Assembly (NCBI GenBank): GCA_907165135.1
Contig: OU015568.1
Coordinates: forward strand, 5,518,001 to 5,582,000
Direction of reading: 5' to 3'
Source: Oikopleura dioica
Lineage: Eukaryota > Animalia > Chordata
DNA: 64,000 nt
Shown: one piece after another, positions 38,597 to 50,300 of the stretch
Position numbering within the stretch: position 1 is the stretch's first letter
Layout of the letters: each line of letters begins with the position of its first letter
The notes under the pieces: generated by a model
The model's database searches: none
What the model was told of the DNA's origin: nothing
The model's input: the letters and a program-made list of their open reading frames with translations, nothing else
Program-made: the position numbers and the translations under genes

Positions 38597-39899
38597 TTAT
38601 TTGCCAAGCAGCGAGGTGGAAGACTTTTTCGTCATTGACGATCGTCGGGCGTTGTCCTTGTGGCTCTGGAAGTTGACTTTGAAGCGGTTGTCGAGGGCTT
38701 CGGCGAAATCGGCGCCGGTTTGAGCGTTTCCTGCGCTTCGCGAGTCACGTGTCCATATGCTGATCTACAAAAAAACGATTCCCAATTTCCTAATTTTCTA
38801 GAGAGCTTCTCACCTTATCAGCTTTTCTGCGATTCTGCACGACGCAGCCGTTGATATTCTCGTGGTCAGCGAATTCTTCGTTCACCAGGATTAGCAACGT
38901 CTCGAGCCAGGTCGAGTTCAAGAATGAGTTTCTGTCTTTTTTCGTTATTTCGACGACGAATCTCCCGCCCTCGATGTTGTCTTCCGTTTCCCATTGAGGC
39001 TCGATCCCGCTGGAAAAAAAAACATTTTTATAATCATTATATAGATACTATAGAATAATGCTTATATTAAAGCCGCTTGCGGCTTCGACAGAAATTCTAC
39101 CTAGAATGGTGATCCTGCGAAGCCGCTTCGCGGCTTCGTTTGAAAAAGCCGCTGCGCGGCTTTTCATTCAAAATTTCGGGAAGAAAAGCCGCAAGCGGCT
39201 TTCGAGATTTTCACCAATAATAACCAAAATTTTAATGCGGCTTAAGTTTGACGAAGCCGCAAGCGGCTTTGCTCAGAAATAAAGACCTTTTGTTTACCTT
39301 CTGAAAACGTAGTAATCGTGATGATATCTCAAGTAGCTCGGCAGCTTCAAATGTTGGTAAATCGCCCAAAATTGCGCGACGGAATTGAAGCTTGCAATTT
39401 TGACGAGCTTGTCCGCCCATTCAGTCGCTTCGGGTCGAGTGGTGTAGACGTCCCAGGAGGAGTTCAGAGGAAAGTCGTGCTTCAGCAGTTCTTCTTCGAG
39501 CGTCAAAGCAGGGGTTTCCTGGGGAGCTTGGAGACTCTCGAGTAGGGTCGATTCGTCAGGGTTTGAAAAGCCTGGAATAGATACCATTAAGTACCGGTAG
39601 CGAAAACAAGGGCGGGAAAAAAGGAGGGCAAAAACAAGTTGAGAAAGAAAACTGAATTTGAAAAGAAAAACTTTTGCTCTCATTTGTTTCATAAATAACG
39701 ATTCTAGAAAGTGAGATTTCAACTTACTGTCGGAAATGCCAGAATCATCGATTCCCTCTTCTTCCGGAATCTTCGGCAGGTCGATTCCTCCCTCTTTGAA
39801 AGCTGGAGGTTCCTCTTCATTTCGCTCGAGATTGTCCTCCATGACTTCAATCAGCTTGGCGATGAAGGTCTCTCGAATCGACTTGACTTTGTGCACGCT
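38597..39899 (-). CDS. EIF4E: Cap-binding translation initiation factor eIF4E with an acidic N-terminal extension (first exon(s) further right, unresolved)
   Basis: HDFPLNSSW..TEWADKL..FNSVAQFWAIY..DYYVFR|SGIEPQWE..GGRF..TWLETLL..RRKADK|ISIWT..QSHKD; GT-AG introns in phase. Confidence 0.93.
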
Positions 39900-40084
39900 G
39901 AGTAATGGGTGGGAAAAAATGGGTTTGTGGGTTAGTCTGTTTTTAGGACGGCTGTGAATAAAAATAACGAGACGAAAGAAGGTTAACGATCAATAAAAAT
40001 AAAGGCGTTGTTCTAGCGAGAATCTGCTTGGCTATTCATCTTTTGAGAGTTATCTAGAATTTTAGGAGTAAACCAAAAAATTGA

Positions 40085-40290
40085 AGTGCATTTTCAGGTA
40101 ACCATTAAGATTGCTGTATCTGGCCTACCGGCCAATCAAATCCCTGATCCTTAAAATCACTTCCATATTTTGGTTCAGCCCAGAATTTCGGAGTGGAATC
40201 AAGTTTTCGAAGAGATTTTTATGGAAAGGGTTTTGATTGGCCGGTAGGCCAAATACAGCAATCTTATTGGTAATCCAAAAACTCACTTCC
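40085..40290. mobile_element. Palindromic MITE-like element with CCAAT boxes; partial copy at ~31305-31350
   Basis: gattgctgtatctggcctaccggccaatcaaa / tttgattggccggtaggccaaatacagcaatc. Confidence 0.75.
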
Positions 40291-40812
40291 AAACATTGGT
40301 TTTGTCCGAATTTCGAAGCTTTTTGTGTCTTTTTTTCTGTTGTTTATTGTAAAAAAGTGTAAGATTAAAGAACAATTATCACCCTTTTCCTGTAAGTAGG
40401 ATTGGAAAGCCTAGAGTTGACATGTTTGGTGGAAGTGTAATTAATCCTTGCGAACATTCAAAAAGTTTCTCTCGCTCTCCCTCTTTTGTCTCCTTCTCTT
40501 TGCCAAAATCTATTTGCCAATCTCAAATCTCAAATTTGCAGATCTGTCTTTTTCTTTCGTTTTTGAATTTGTCTCTCCGCCCTTCTTTTTTCAAAAAAAT
40601 CGATATTCTTCCTTGATTTCTTTTTCTTGACACTCTTTTTTGAGCGTTCTTTGCTGCAATTTTTTGTTTTTTGAAAGTTGAAAATTGCTCTTTTGTATTT
40701 TTTATTTTCGTGGTCGATGAGACCAGCTCGCCTCAGAGCGCGGCCAAAGATTACGCCCTGCCATGTTGCGCGGGGAAAAAGAACGTTCGGGAAGAATTTT
40801 TAGACCGAGTGT

Positions 40813-40825
40813 CACGTGATGACGT
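40813..40825. promoter_or_regulatory. Adjacent E-box (CACGTG) and CRE-like TGACGT upstream of eIF4E
   Basis: gtcacgtgatgacgtaat in a GC-richer island 5' of the gene; motif match only. Confidence 0.25.
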
Positions 40826-41209
40826 AATCTTGCGTTAGGCTTATTTCTGGTTACCACTGTAGCTGAACCTTCTATTTGAATAATGAAAGCCCATAAATAT
40901 AGTTCACCGAGGTTGTTTTTTGGGAAATCTGATTTTTGATCTTGGGTTCAAAGGTCAAGGGGGGCAAGAATCTTTTCAGGCAAGGAAAAAGGGGGCGTAA
41001 GGAGACAAAGTTGAAAGGGATCATGGAAGAGTTTTTCTATGGAAATTTCCTTTTCAGCGGATTTTTTAGACAATGGACAAAATTTGGGCCGAACAACCTG
41101 TGTAGAAAACCTGAGTCAGGGTTTGAAAAATCGGCTTTTCATTACCGTAGGGATTGGTCAGACCCTGACTCAGGTTTTCTTCACAGGTTGCAGTGGCCAG
41201 GACAAAATT

Positions 41210-43066
41210 ACTGAAATACTGTAGTTTGACCTTTATAACAATTTAATGTTTTCAAAGAAAGATAAATTGGTTGACACGATCTGTCAAAAAGAGTGAAACC
41301 AGAATGGAAAAGAAAATGAAAGAGGAAGATTCTCGCGATGCTCCATTTGTCGGAATCGGCTCGGGAAATTTCGGCCCGGAAAATGGCTTGTTTGAAGGAT
41401 TTTGACCTCTTTTCGGTGATTGTTTGCAAATTGCGAATGACTTTTCCTAAAAAAAACCAGTTATCGTTACCAAAAGAGTTTTTTCTAACCGAAAAGGGAG
41501 AGATCCACCAAGGCCCGACTTTTTCGACGGTTTCTTTCGTCCAGAGAAGTGCGTAAGGGTAGCTCCTCCAGCTTTCATCAACCTTTCCAAGCGACCGGTC
41601 GGGGCGTTCGTACTCTAAAAGGGCTTAAAATTAATAGGGGAATAAAAACCATACTGTGGACTAAATCAAAGACTTCGTAAAAAAGTCCGGCGCTGAAAAA
41701 ATTCGCTCTTCCATCAGCATCAGTTATCACAGCTCGTTCTTTTTCAATGGACATGTCGCATCTTCTAGCGAAAGGAGCGCAGCCAAACTAGAATGAACAT
41801 TTTCAGAAACAAAAATACTGATCCAGGTCTCGGCAACCTGCGTTAAAAACCTGAGTCAGGTTCTGAAAGAGCTTATTTTGAAAAGCCGCGTTTTTTGCGG
41901 CTGCTTTTTTAAGCCGCGTTTTTTTGCGGCTTATTTTTAAAAAAGGCCGCGTTTTTTTGCGGCTTTCTTTGAAAAAGCCGCGTTTTTTGCGGCTTCCTTT
42001 GTAAAAGCCGCGTTTTTTGCGGCTTCTTTAAAAAAGGCCGCGTTTTTGCGGCTTCCTTTGAAAAAGCCCCATTTTTTAAGGCTTCTCAATGCTCTCTCAG
42101 ACCCTGACTCAGGTTTTCTACACAGGTTGCCGAGCTCAGAACTGACCCCCTTATTTGATCAAAACCAAACCTTTGATTCAATAAAAAGTGAAAAAATCTT
42201 CGCATAAATGAGATCAGTAAAGGGCAGAATTTCCATTCCCCTTGAAACACAAAAAGAAGCAGCATCTTCGATCGTTAGATTTTTTCCCAAAACAATGTTT
42301 GAATTATTCGCAATTACACCCAAATTATCGCTGATGGGAATACAGACGACATAAAATCTCGATGAAGGGTTGAAATTCGCTGTTGATTCAAAAATGACAT
42401 TTCGCATCGTCTGAGGGACGTTTCCATCGACTTTGAGGCGGAGAACTGGAGATGAGGGCATTTTCTTGCTGTCATCGCTGCTGGAGAGCATCGGCAAATC
42501 CTTGTTTTGCTGATGATTCGCCCAGAAATGGTACTTTGGAAAAGCAACTTGAGATCCACTAGTGTGGTGCCTCATCTTGATGTATTTTCGATGAAGCAAA
42601 ATGCCCAAATTTTCCAAGTCATTCAAATTGAAAACGTCTTCCGGGGAGACCAAAAATCCTTTCATTCTGACCCCTGGGCTCGGCAACCTGTGTCGAAAAC
42701 CTGACTCAGGATTTGAATAAGCCGCAAAGCCTGACTCAGGTTTTCCACACAGGTTGCCGAGCCCAATCTGAGACAGTATTCCTTCGCATCATATGAGTTC
42801 AGCAATCCGGGAAAACTGAAGTATTCTGGGAAATTCTTGAACAAGATAATGTTCGACGCCTGTGTCTCTAGAATCTCCCGAAGTCTTATTTTTGCCTCGA
42901 AAGAAGCATCGAACGTTTTTGATCCGTTTATGTTGAATCGCTCGAATTCGAATTCAAGATCATGAAAGTCAGCTTCTTCTTTTGATTCGACAATCGGGTT
43001 TTCATTGATAAAATCCTGGAAACTGGCAAAAACAGCTGAAAAAAGTAAAAACACACTCAGCCCCAT
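41210..43066 (-). CDS. Secreted C-type-lectin-like protein (two degenerate CTLD starts), multi-exon; 3' end approximate
   Basis: MGLSVFLLFSAVFA signal; YDAKEYCLR|MKGFLVS and IEDAASFCVSRGMEIL match the CTLD A..yC...gg.L start. Confidence 0.6.
42674..42766. mobile_element. Family A MITE at a coding junction of the lectin-like gene
   Basis: TSD tctgaccc / tctgagac; removing 101 nt joins ORF 42662..43108 to ORF 42159..42686 in frame. Confidence 0.9.
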
Positions 43067-43248
43067 CTGAAATGATGAAAAAATGAAGAAATGGAAGGGA
43101 GCTGGCATAAAATATAGCCCTTATCAGTCGATAGTTTCGCTTGAATTTTCCTCTGCGCGGTTTACTGATAAGGATCAAAGGGATCAAAAGTTTTTTGTTT
43201 GAAACTTCTTTTTTATATAGAATTTATATTTTAATTTCTTCTACTGAA

Positions 43249-43695
43249 CAGAGTATTAAGTTTGTTGAGCTGAGTGAGCTGAGCTGGCTGAGTGAGCTGA
43301 GCAGTCGCTCAGCTCAGCTCAGTAATTTTCTAAAATGATCTGATCTGCTCAGCTCAGCTCAGCTCAATAATTTTTGAACTTGATCAGTTCTGCTCAGCTC
43401 AGCTCAGCTCAGACAAGTATCACTTAGCTCAGCTCAGCTCAGCTCAGACAAATATCGGTTAGCTCAGCTCAGCTAAGCTCAATGATTTTAACTTAATTTT
43501 ACTACTAAAATACAGTAAAAACAGCTCAGTTCAGCTCACTTAGCTCAGCTCAGCTCAGCTCAACTACCTAAAAAAAGGTCTGCTCAGCTCGGCTCATCTC
43601 AATGACCTATGAAAAAGGCCAGCTCAGCTCATAAAATTTTTTACGAAGCTCAGCTGAGCTCAGCTCAGCAAAATAAACCAGAATTTGCAACTCTG
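43249..43695. mobile_element. Family E hAT MITE
   Basis: cagagt...tttg start, agaatttgcaactctg end, gctga/tcagc arrays. Confidence 0.8.
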
Positions 43696-43825
43696 CTATT
43701 TTAGCTCATTGAATTTTTTGCGATGAGAAGTCACAGTGCGACTTCTCATCGTCTGTAAATATTAAACGATATTAAAAAAATTCAAGCTCTCCTATGAGCT
43801 CATTTTGTATTTGTTGTACCTCGAT

Positions 43826-44703
43826 ATGTCGCGGAAAAAGGGGAAAATAAGTGCTGAAAAACGAGAGATTCCGGCAAAATATTTGACGAAAAATGGGGAC
43901 TACTGTTTTTCAATGGCTTCAAGAAAGAAAATTTGGGTTCCGAAATGTAAAATATGCTCGTAAGTAATCATCTTAGAAAAATGGTATATTTTTATTCATT
44001 GGTCATTTTCAGCATTGTTCCGGGGAAATTCTACGAATTTCGGTGCGGAATTAGTACAAATGAGATCACAAGATTGAAAAACAACACACTTTGTATGGAT
44101 TGTTTTTCATTCCAGAATTTCATTCATTTGCCAACCTGCCGATGTGTGGTTCGTGATTTTGATCATCAACGAGATTCAGAAAATATTCGCTTCAATTGCT
44201 TTTACCGTAAGTGCTCGGCTCCTCTGACTTTCAACGAATTTTTCAACCACTATGAACGCTGCCAGTTCTCTTCATCTGGTCGAGCCCGTTTTCCCGAAGA
44301 CGAAATGCAGCGAATTCTGCAAGAAGAAAAGATAAAAACAGAGCGACTCAAGAATCTTCAAAAAAAGAAGCTCGAAAACACAAAATCGAAGAATGAAAAA
44401 ATCGCCCAAGAAGAGGCTCAAATAGAAAAAGAACTCGAGTCTTTGGCGAAAAGAAAACAAAAAACACGTCGGCGAATCAAGGTACTCAAAATCAATTTTC
44501 AAATATATTTTTCTTTCTATTTATTCTATTAAGGCGATGCTGACGAAAATTGCTCCAAGGTCTGTTTTTCTCCATTCGACAAGAACCAGCATCACCAATC
44601 CTGCATCACTTCATGCTCCTCCTGTCTCAATTCCTTCAACCCGAAAAACTGCCCGAGCTGCAGGAAGCCCTTCAACATGTCCGAAGTCAGAAAACTCAAC
44701 TAA
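43826..44703 (+). CDS. RING family copy 6, 3 exons
   Basis: MSRKKGKISAEKREIPAKYL..CKICS|IVPGKFY..LCMDC..CFYRKC..; RING CSKVCFSPF..CFHHFMLLLC-type segment ending CPSCRKPF. Confidence 0.8.
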
Positions 44704-45276
44704 GATATTTTTTGATCGCATTGATTCTCCATTATTTTTTGATTTATTTCCCTTGACCACTTAATAAATTGAAAAAAGCGACAATAACAAGCTTTTTATT
44801 TTTCTTTTTTAATTCTATATTTATTCATAAAATATAATTTTTTGAATTAAAATCTCATTTTAAAACCGAACACTTTGAAAATAACAGAGCATTAAGAGTT
44901 TTTAAGCATCCCATTTGGTAGTCATTGAATCAACATTAGGCCTCGAACGTAAAAATGGACGATTTTCACCAGCCGGTCGTCGTACGGGAACAAGAAGAGG
45001 CTCATCCGAAAGCTCTTGAAAAGGTATAAGGCTGATAAAAAAAACTGTATCCGAGTTATTTCGAAATATATTTTTTCAAGCTTACCTTTCAATTCAAAAG
45101 TCAAATACATATATTTTAATATTATTTTTATTTATATTTTAAGTTCTACCATTGAAGCTTTTAGAATTTTCTGCAATAAGGAGTCACAGCGCGTCTTTTC
45201 GTCTGCAAATATTACACGGTATTAAAAAATTCAAGCTCTGTCTTATGAACTCAATTCTGATTTCTTTTACTTCGAG

Positions 45277-46272
45277 ATGTCACAGAAAGAGGGGAAAATA
45301 AGTGCTGAAAAACGAGAGATTCCGGCAAAATATTTGACAGGTGGGAAGTATTGTTTTGGGGGCGGTTCTGTAAGAGGAACATGGGTTCCGAAATGTAAAA
45401 TATGCTCGTAAGTTATCTTATTAGAAGAAAGTCATATTTTTACTCATTTTCAGCATTGTTCCGGAGAAATTCTACGAGTTTTGCTGCAGCTTCGATTTGT
45501 TGGAAAGCAACACATTTTGTATGGATTGTTCTTCAGTCCAGAATTTCAGTCATAACCAAAACTGCTCTTGTGAGGTTCGTCATTTTCATAATCGACGAGA
45601 TTCACAATATATTCGCTTCAATTGCTTTTACCGTGAATGCTCGGCTTCTCTCTCTTTCAACGAATTTTTCAACCACTATGAACGCTGCCAGTTCTCTTCA
45701 TATGGTCACGCTCGTTTTCCCGAAGACCTTTCTTCAATTTCCGTCCACCTCCCTGATGATTTCGAAAGAAACCTCAATTTCCGCGAAAACGAGATTCACT
45801 CTCTCCGAAATGAAATGCAGCAAATTTTGATTGAAGAAAAAAACGATATGCAACGATCTTATGCTATTCAGCAAACGATGAATGAGAACTCGAAGAAAAT
45901 TAATCGACTACAAAAGGAAAATGAAAGACTTGCTCGGGATAAAATGCAGATCGACAGGAACCTCGAGGCCTTATCGAGAAGAAAACAAATCGCAAGAGAA
46001 AAACGACCATGTGTTCGAATCAGGGTGCACCATCTCTTCATAGTATCATAATTTTTGTTATTAATATGATTTGATTTTAATTTTTAGAAGAGTCTGATGA
46101 CAATTCTTGTCAAGTCTGCTTCTGTTCCTTCGATAAGAACCAACACCATCGATCCGTCATAACCAGATGCTTCCATTCATTCTGCTTTTCCTGTTTGAAT
46201 TCTCTGAATCCGAGAAGCTGCCCTAGCTGCCGGGAGTCTTTCCAAATGACCGATGTTCGAAAAATCTTTTGA
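45277..46272 (+). CDS. RING family copy 7, 3 exons
   Basis: MSQKEGKISAEKREIPAKYL..; RING CQVCFCSF..CFHSFCFSC..CPSCRESF. Confidence 0.8.
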
Positions 46273-47222
46273 GACCAAAGAAATTATTTCTCAAGTTTTT
46301 TTTCGATGATTTGACTTTTCCTTTGATTTTTCCTCCTTGATTCGTATCTGTCCCTTTTTATTCAAATAAATTTGAAAAATGAATGAAAATTTAAGGTTAT
46401 GACTCATAACTTATGAGTTTAAATTTCATATTCGATAGAAGATGGACACAAATAAGGGTGTCAATCTGTCAAATCTTCTTACTCAATCGAGGTTGATTAA
46501 GGGCATCCCTTTAGGTAATTTTTGAATCAACATTTTTTCTCAATTAATTTCTTATTTATTAAAATGTCGCACAAAAAAGCACTTTGGAATGAATTTGTGC
46601 TCTTGAGTCGGTGCTTCGATTCTCGATTAAAAAATCATCTCCCCGTGTGAAGTTCTAATCAGCTGCACCAGCCGAAAAAGCACTTCCTCAAACCAACCGC
46701 TTCAATTATTCAAACGAGTGCTCCCGCCATCAGCTTCAGTACTTCACTAGAACTTTCGCCTTTTACACAACTTGACGCAAATTTGCAAAAAAAAAACTAT
46801 CAAAGGATAAAGAGGGATGATGATCGAGAGATTTCAGAAGCATAGAATACAGTATTAGAGCTCTTGTGACTGTAAAAATGAAGAAGAAACCGATCTTACT
46901 GTACATTTGCCTGTTACAATGTCTCTTTACCCAGGTAAGCAGCTGATCTGGTGAAGGATCGATCAAATCCTTTATAAATTCGCATCATGAAGAAGTTCTT
47001 CAATTTTTCCGAAAACTAACCACCACTTTCCTTGTCAATATCTAACCTTATTAGTCAACAAACGAGCCCATGAAGGTAAAAAACGCATCTTTGCTCGCTT
47101 TTACGGAAATCCAGAAAAGCAAACTATCCATTTTTTGTCGAATTTGCAATTCCCCGATGCAAATTTACGCATCGTCGTAATCATTATCGTTTCATAATGT
47201 TATCAGTAGCGCTATTGCATCA

Positions 47223-47294
47223 TCCGTGTTAGTATAGTGGTGAGTATTCCCGCCTGTCACGCGGGCGACCGGGGTTCGATTCCCCGACACGGAG
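47223..47294 (+). tRNA. trnD-GUC: tRNA-Asp(GUC)
   Basis: TCCGTGTTAGTATAGTGG..CCCGC-CTGTCAC-GCGGG..GGTTCGATTCC..CACGGAG, 72 nt, then a T7 terminator. Confidence 0.97.
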
Positions 47295-47328
47295 CGTTTT
47301 TTTCGCCCTTTTTTCAGCCCTTTTTAGG

Positions 47329-50300
47329 TGTTGGGCCAGGATGGCGACCGCCAAGAAGTGGTCGGGGGAATGCTTAGCTCGGAACTGGAAGTGGTCGATA
47401 ATGGATACAGGCATTTAAACGTGATTATTTCTTCGAAAATCCAACAAGAAGAAATTTGCGAAGACGAGGAAAAACGACTGAATTGCAAAAGAACTTTCAA
47501 ATTTATCGAAAAAGTCAAGGATTTCATCAAACTGTAAGAGTCCCCAGTACAGTCAGATTCACCCTTATTTTGTCAAGCTTGTCAAAATCGATTTACGAAG
47601 CTTCCAGGGGTCATTTTTACATCGAAAGCTGCAATATCATCATGCCCAAATCGTGGGACGCGCCACCAGGTTGTCGAAAAACCGAGGGGTAGAGCCTTAA
47701 TCCCTCTTTTCAGCGAACGAAACAGAAGCGCTGAACTTTGGCGGGACCATTTCCTACATTGACTTTGACGCAATTCCGATTCGGATTTACCCCGACATGG
47801 TAAAAACCACTCCTTCCAAATTGGAAGCTCCAATCAAAATTGAATCAAAATTGCATGAATAATCAAAAATTCCATAATCTGCGTAGGGCGAATCAGGCTT
47901 TTCAGAGTACAAAGCGGGGCCAGTGTCACGTGACTTGATTTCAGTCAATGTTTGGAATAAGAACAGAAGATCCATGGTCTGGCTTATTCTCCTCCTTGAT
48001 TTCAAATGTTCTCATTGTTTCTTTTTTTAGCAAAATAAATTGACGGGAGAAAAACTTGTCCGGCGACCATATGCGGTAAAAGCGACCCCTTGTGGATACC
48101 AAGGGTCGTATCTAAGGCTGGGCTCGGCAACCTGTGTAGAAAACCTGACTCAGGGTTCTGAAGGGGATTTTTCTGGAACCGACAAAAAAATTTCGACAAA
48201 TTTTGCGTAGGCGGCTACTCAACTGCTGATCAGCTGGTTTGCCGAATCCAGGCTTCTGATTGGTTGAAATTTTCCACGCAAAATTTGTCGGTTCCAGACA
48301 CCTCCACTTTTTCTGAAGGGCGGTTTTTTATCAAAGGCCTTTCAGAAGCCTGACTCAGGTTTCTACACAGGTTTCTGAGCCCTAATCTCAGAATGTCGCA
48401 AGCATTCATCGAAGACCCCCAAAGCCTGAACTTCACGGCCTATGGAAACCCCGAGAAAATCCTCGCTGGAGAATGGGCAAAGTTCCGCTGGGGCGTTTTC
48501 GACGAAACCCCTCCGCCAAACAAGGGCCACGAGTTTTACCTCGCCTCGAATTCGAGAATCGAAGCAAGTCGATGCTCGTTGAAAGTCGAGGGCGATTTGA
48601 TCTTGAAGGAAGATACTGAAGATGGGAGGATCAAGGGCGATGAGTGTATGCGGATGGAGGCGTTTCAGTCGAGAAATTTATGCGAATTTGTCCCGAAAAA
48701 GCAGCAGAAACAATCTGGACTGGGGAGCTTGCTGTTTTCGAGGCATTTGGATGATGTTACGGAGTACTGTGATAATGGTAACGGAATAATTATTGGTTAA
48801 GCCTTTAGGTAGGTGTCTGGAACCGACAAAAAAATTTCGACAAATTTCTCGTGGAAATTTTCGACCAATCAGAAGCCTGGATTTTGCAAACCGGCCAATC
48901 AGCAGCCGAGTAGCCGCTCACGCAAAATTTGTCGAATTTTTTTTGTCGGTTCCAGACATCGCCCCAAAATTTTACCAATAGAAAAAATTCTAGAATAGAT
49001 TTTCCGGGAAAATTGAAGAAACCATATATCCTTTTAAAAATCTTTGTTTAAATATGTTTATATTTACAACTACCTTGATGAATTATCACAAATATCTCGA
49101 TGTAATGCGTAGTGATGGCATGCTATTCATAAAATTTAATTATAAAATTTTATTAAGATCCCGAGAAGAAATTAACCTTCCACAACCGCGACGCCAAAAC
49201 GCGCCACAACGAAGTCTGCGACACAAAATCCATCTGGGAAGTAATCCGCGCGCACGATGATTTCATCAAGGGCGCCAAAGGAAAACCAGTCCGCGACTTT
49301 GACTCGACCAACAAAGGTCTTTGGATGAACACCAAATTCACCGTCATGCGACAAAACAACACGAAAACGGTCCTAACCATCGACACTTCTACCTCCATGG
49401 GCGTCGGGAAAAGATGGGAAAATGTGAAAAAAGCGGCGTCGCAATATCTCTCCGCGCTGCCGCACGATGCTCACGTGGGAATCGTCTTTTTCGCCAGACG
49501 AGCGTATCAGCGAACAAGAGGCCTGATTCAAATTGAAAACGGCGATTCCAGCGAGCTTCTTCGGCGAAGATTGGAATCTGTCCCGCTCAATTTGGGCACT
49601 TCAATCGGCCACGCTCTTCAGGAAGCGATGAAAATGCTCAAGACTTCTGGTCCAATGGATTCGCGGGATTCTGGCGGCTCGATCATTCTCCTATCTGATG
49701 GTGCTGAAAGTAATGCGCCGTTCATTGATGAGGATTTGATTCAAGAGCTGATTGATAACAGAGTTACAGTCAATACAATCGCTTTTGGAAAAGACGCCAG
49801 CCCAAAGCTTGAAGAAGTCAGTAAGCGGACAAAGGAACGGGCTCGGAAAACTGTGTAGAAAACCTGAGTCAGGGTCTAAAGAGCTTAAATAACCTGTTTA
49901 AGACCCTGACTCAGGTTTTCTACGCAGTTTCTTGAGCCCAGAAAAGGGATCATCATACTTTTCCGACCCAGAAAACCCAAGTTCCATCCTTCAAGACGCC
50001 TTCATCGCCGAGTTGCAAAAAGATGGCTCCAACGCCCACCCAATCGTTTCGGTAAAACGAGCGATAAACGCTGGCTCGACGGAGGAATTCGACTTCAAGA
50101 TCGATCAAACAATCGGAAAGGATACGAAAATAACGATTTCCTACGAAACGAATGCGGAAAAGGACAACCGGCCTGAGATCAAGATCAACACTCCCGGCTA
50201 TCCGAGGCCGATTATTGCTGATATGCAGGAAAAGGGCTTATTTTTTCATTCGGTTTATTTGCAGAATATAATTTTATAATTAAGTTTTTTCAGAAAATTT

